From a virus (lineage: Duplodnaviria; Caudoviricetes), in IMG/VR virus record IMGVR_UViG_3300023092_000001, positions 6,825-70,824 of that record: a DNA stretch of 64,000 bases. One strand, written 5' to 3'. Each line of letters starts with the position of its first letter. Positions within the stretch are counted from its first letter, which is position 1. Of this stretch, positions 61,953-64,000 are shown piece after piece. The position numbers were made by a program, and so were the translations under genes. The notes under the pieces were generated by a model. It saw only the letters and a program-made list of their open reading frames with translations. It was not told the DNA's origin and did not search any database.

Positions 61953-62182
61953 AGCTTATGGTTAAGTGGTAATGAGCTGCTGTTGTATCCACGAGTTTTT
62001 GCCCACTGTTTTGCTCGCTTTCCGAAAGGGTGCGGAGGGGAGTAGCCGTGGCAGTAGTGAATTTGTTTTGTGATAGGCCATAAAATGGCGACGGTTTGCT
62101 CGCCTATCATGAGACGATCATGATGGCAAAGAGGATCTTGGGTAGACGGTTTGCGTCGGGTGGTAAATGAAATGCAGCTCAT
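61949..62182 (-). CDS. Hypothetical early protein
   Basis: ORF with A-rich leader. Confidence 0.5.
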   Translation of the reverse strand: MSCISFTTRRKPSTQDPLCHHDRLMIGEQTVAILWPITKQIHYCHGYSPPHPFGKRAKQWAKTRGYNSSSLPLNHKL

Positions 62183-62208
62183 AGCTTTTAGTTAGGTAAA
62201 GGTTTCAA

Positions 62209-62640
62209 CTACTCGATGACAGCCGCAAGAATGCCGTCGCCACCCCAGTCAGTCTGCATGCCTTCAGGGATCTTGACCCGCTCGGCGTCCAGCTTGAGAG
62301 CGTGGCCGCGGGCGTCGCCGTTGATAAAGAAACCCTCGGGGACATGGCCGAAGATTTTCACGATTTCGTCTTTGACATAGCAAATAAGTGCGTCCCAAGC
62401 TAGGGAGGAATCGGCACGGTAATCGTGAATCAAAGGAGCCTTCCCCTTGAAGGGGGTGGTGGCTGTATCGCCGTTGCAATACGCTTCGGCGTGACGGTGC
62501 GCGACGCCCTCCAGCTTGCGCAGTGCGCGCCAGATCTTGAGCCCGTCTTTGCCGTTAGTGGCGAGGCTGGCGAGTGCCGTGTTGTGTGCGTCTCTGCGCG
62601 CTTGGATGTGGAGTTGCTTTTGTGCTTTGTCGGTTTTCAT
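62209..62640 (-). CDS. Hypothetical early protein
   Basis: FFINGDARGHALK.D motif, common in phage early genes. Confidence 0.6.
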   Translation of the reverse strand: MKTDKAQKQLHIQARRDAHNTALASLATNGKDGLKIWRALRKLEGVAHRHAEAYCNGDTATTPFKGKAPLIHDYRADSSLAWDALICYVKDEIVKIFGHVPEGFFINGDARGHALKLDAERVKIPEGMQTDWGGDGILAAVIE

Positions 62641-62727
62641 AGATTCGGATTTCTAATACTCGATTTGTTTTTGATCTCTTCAGTATGGCCTTGAGCCATA
62701 GACTCCCGATTAAAGGAGTTTCGATCC

Positions 62728-63345
62728 TTAGGCGTTCGTGTCTTCGGTGGCTGGGAGTTTGGCGAGGGTGTAAGCATCCCAAGTTTTGCCGCTCCCTGTT
62801 TTCTTTAGCGTCCATCCGTAGCGATCGAGTGCCGCCATGATAGAACCTTCCCCGCACCCACCCTTTGCCCAAACTGCATGGTATCCACCGGAACCAATGG
62901 GGAACAGGAAGCGGAGGAAATCGGCGAGGCATTGCGAAAGCTTGTCATAACCGCATCCTGACACGTTGGTTGCCTTGCCGTTGTGAGTCATGATACGCGG
63001 ATTACTGCCCCACGTTGCCGAGTCGATCCATTCGACATGAAAGCATTGGATATTGCTTTGATTGCCCTCACGAACGATTTTGTCGCACCAATCTTTTGCG
63101 CGCTTTTCGCAAGTTGTCAGTTTAGGGGTCTTGGTTTTCTTGACGGTAGGCGGGGTATTACAGGCGTTATAAACCTCTTTCGGAATATCCCCTGCCGTAT
63201 CTTCCGCATGCCATGTGCCACCATTTCGGTAAAACCAAGAGGTAAGAAACCCGCAAGGGTGTTCGAGTTTACCGGTAGAGGGGTAAAACTCCCAAGTGCC
63301 CGACTTGTGAGGTATCTTGAAGGAAGGCGTATTTTCTGTTTTCAT
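62728..63345 (-). CDS. Hypothetical early protein
   Basis: SATWGSNP...SGCGYDKLS...A motif. Confidence 0.6.
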   Translation of the reverse strand: MKTENTPSFKIPHKSGTWEFYPSTGKLEHPCGFLTSWFYRNGGTWHAEDTAGDIPKEVYNACNTPPTVKKTKTPKLTTCEKRAKDWCDKIVREGNQSNIQCFHVEWIDSATWGSNPRIMTHNGKATNVSGCGYDKLSQCLADFLRFLFPIGSGGYHAVWAKGGCGEGSIMAALDRYGWTLKKTGSGKTWDAYTLAKLPATEDTNA

Positions 63346-63381
63346 GATGTGCTTTCGGTTAGCGGTTACTCGATTTCTGAT

Positions 63382-63582
63382 TTACTGAGCGCTTGCCGGG
63401 GTTAGAGCCCCGTTGCGTCTGGCTTTCTCGCCAACTGCGCGAACAATCATAGGCGAAAGAAAGGATGAGCTGGCGATGAAGTCCCCACAAAAGCGTAGGA
63501 CGTATTGAGGTTTTCCGGATTCGTGGCCCGTGTACTCTTGGGTGATAGTGTAGCGGGAGTCGGATTTGATGGGGTGAGTCAT
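63382..63582 (-). CDS. Hypothetical early protein
   Basis: YTITQEYTGH..GKPQYVLRFCG.FI. Confidence 0.55.
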   Translation of the reverse strand: MTHPIKSDSRYTITQEYTGHESGKPQYVLRFCGDFIASSSFLSPMIVRAVGEKARRNGALTPASAQ

Positions 63583-63618
63583 ATTGTTACTCGATTGTTC
63601 TTTTGTTCGGCTTGCTCT

Positions 63619-63660
63619 AACCCATTAACGTAACGTATATAAGGGAGATTGCAATGGGTT
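63619..63660 (-). promoter_or_regulatory. Sigma70-like promoter bracketed by an 8-bp inverted repeat
   Basis: Minus strand TTGCAA-N16-TACGTT; AACCCATT(63619-63626) / AATGGGTT(63653-63660). Confidence 0.5.
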
Positions 63661-63679
63661 TGTGTGAGGTGGGAATATT

Positions 63680-64000
63680 CTATTCGGCGCTGCAAAGTGC
63701 AGACTCCAAAAGCGCGTATTCTTTTGCCGTCTCTTCGATGTGATAATCGATAGATGCCCTTGCCGAATCCATGAGCCCGCTTTTCTCATGGTCGGAGCCG
63801 TAAAACCCCCACACGCTTCCTTCCTCTAATTCGTTACCTTCAGGATCGGTGATAGAAGTGATGCCGTAAACGTCGCCCCATGCCCAAGCTGAATAAAGGT
63901 CAAAGGCAGACTCACAAGCCGATTGCACGTTCTCGGGCGCAATGCCTACGTCACCTATCCACTCGGGGGTGGCGATGACAAGAACAAGCGTGGAGTCACC
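63680..64000 (-). CDS. Hypothetical early protein, 5' end outside the window
   Basis: Frame open to the edge (GDSTLVLVIATPEW...AWAWGDVYG...SVWGFYG). Confidence 0.6.
   Translation of the reverse strand, partial: GDSTLVLVIATPEWIGDVGIAPENVQSACESAFDLYSAWAWGDVYGITSITDPEGNELEEGSVWGFYGSDHEKSGLMDSARASIDYHIEETAKEYALLESALCSAE

Noticed and set aside
1-64000. tRNA genes, integrase/att site, DNA polymerase, RNA polymerase
   Set aside because: No T-loop/cloverleaf pattern or catalytic motifs were recognised by eye; they may lie outside the window, and tRNAscan/HMM searches were not run.

Overview
The window is almost all of a ~55% GC tailed dsDNA bacteriophage genome, cut at both ends inside genes, with a podovirus-like layout. 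Modules in order: lysis (minus, 1-1432, M15 peptidase endolysin); a ~8 kb block of glycosyltransferase-like and methyltransferase genes with two HNH insertions (1642-9499); portal, scaffold and major capsid (9569-14755); collagen-like, Ig/SGNH and Thr-rich virion accessory genes followed by an FkbM methyltransferase and a GT-A transferase (14825-23574); an inverted block with an adenine DNA MTase, ~0.75 kb of hairpin-rich non-coding DNA and terL (23609-26917); tail and ejection proteins including a 2323-aa protein (26973-38099); small leftward genes (38119-42703); a rightward recombination/replication operon (Sak4-like ATPase, SSB-like protein, RusA-like resolvase, initiator, T7 gp4-like primase-helicase; 42846-58498); and accessory/early genes. 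I found no tRNA, CRISPR array, integrase, reverse transcriptase or DNA polymerase. The best candidates for new biology are (i) a phage-encoded glycoprotein-coat system (mucin-like and collagen-like proteins plus GT27-like, PLOD-like and exostosin-like transferases and three FkbM O-methyltransferases) and (ii) a large structured RNA downstream of terL. All functional calls come from motifs read by eye; no database search or folding program was run. The host is unknown; the A/C-rich, largely Shine-Dalgarno-free leaders suggest (inference only) a Verrucomicrobiota/Planctomycetota/Bacteroidota-type host.
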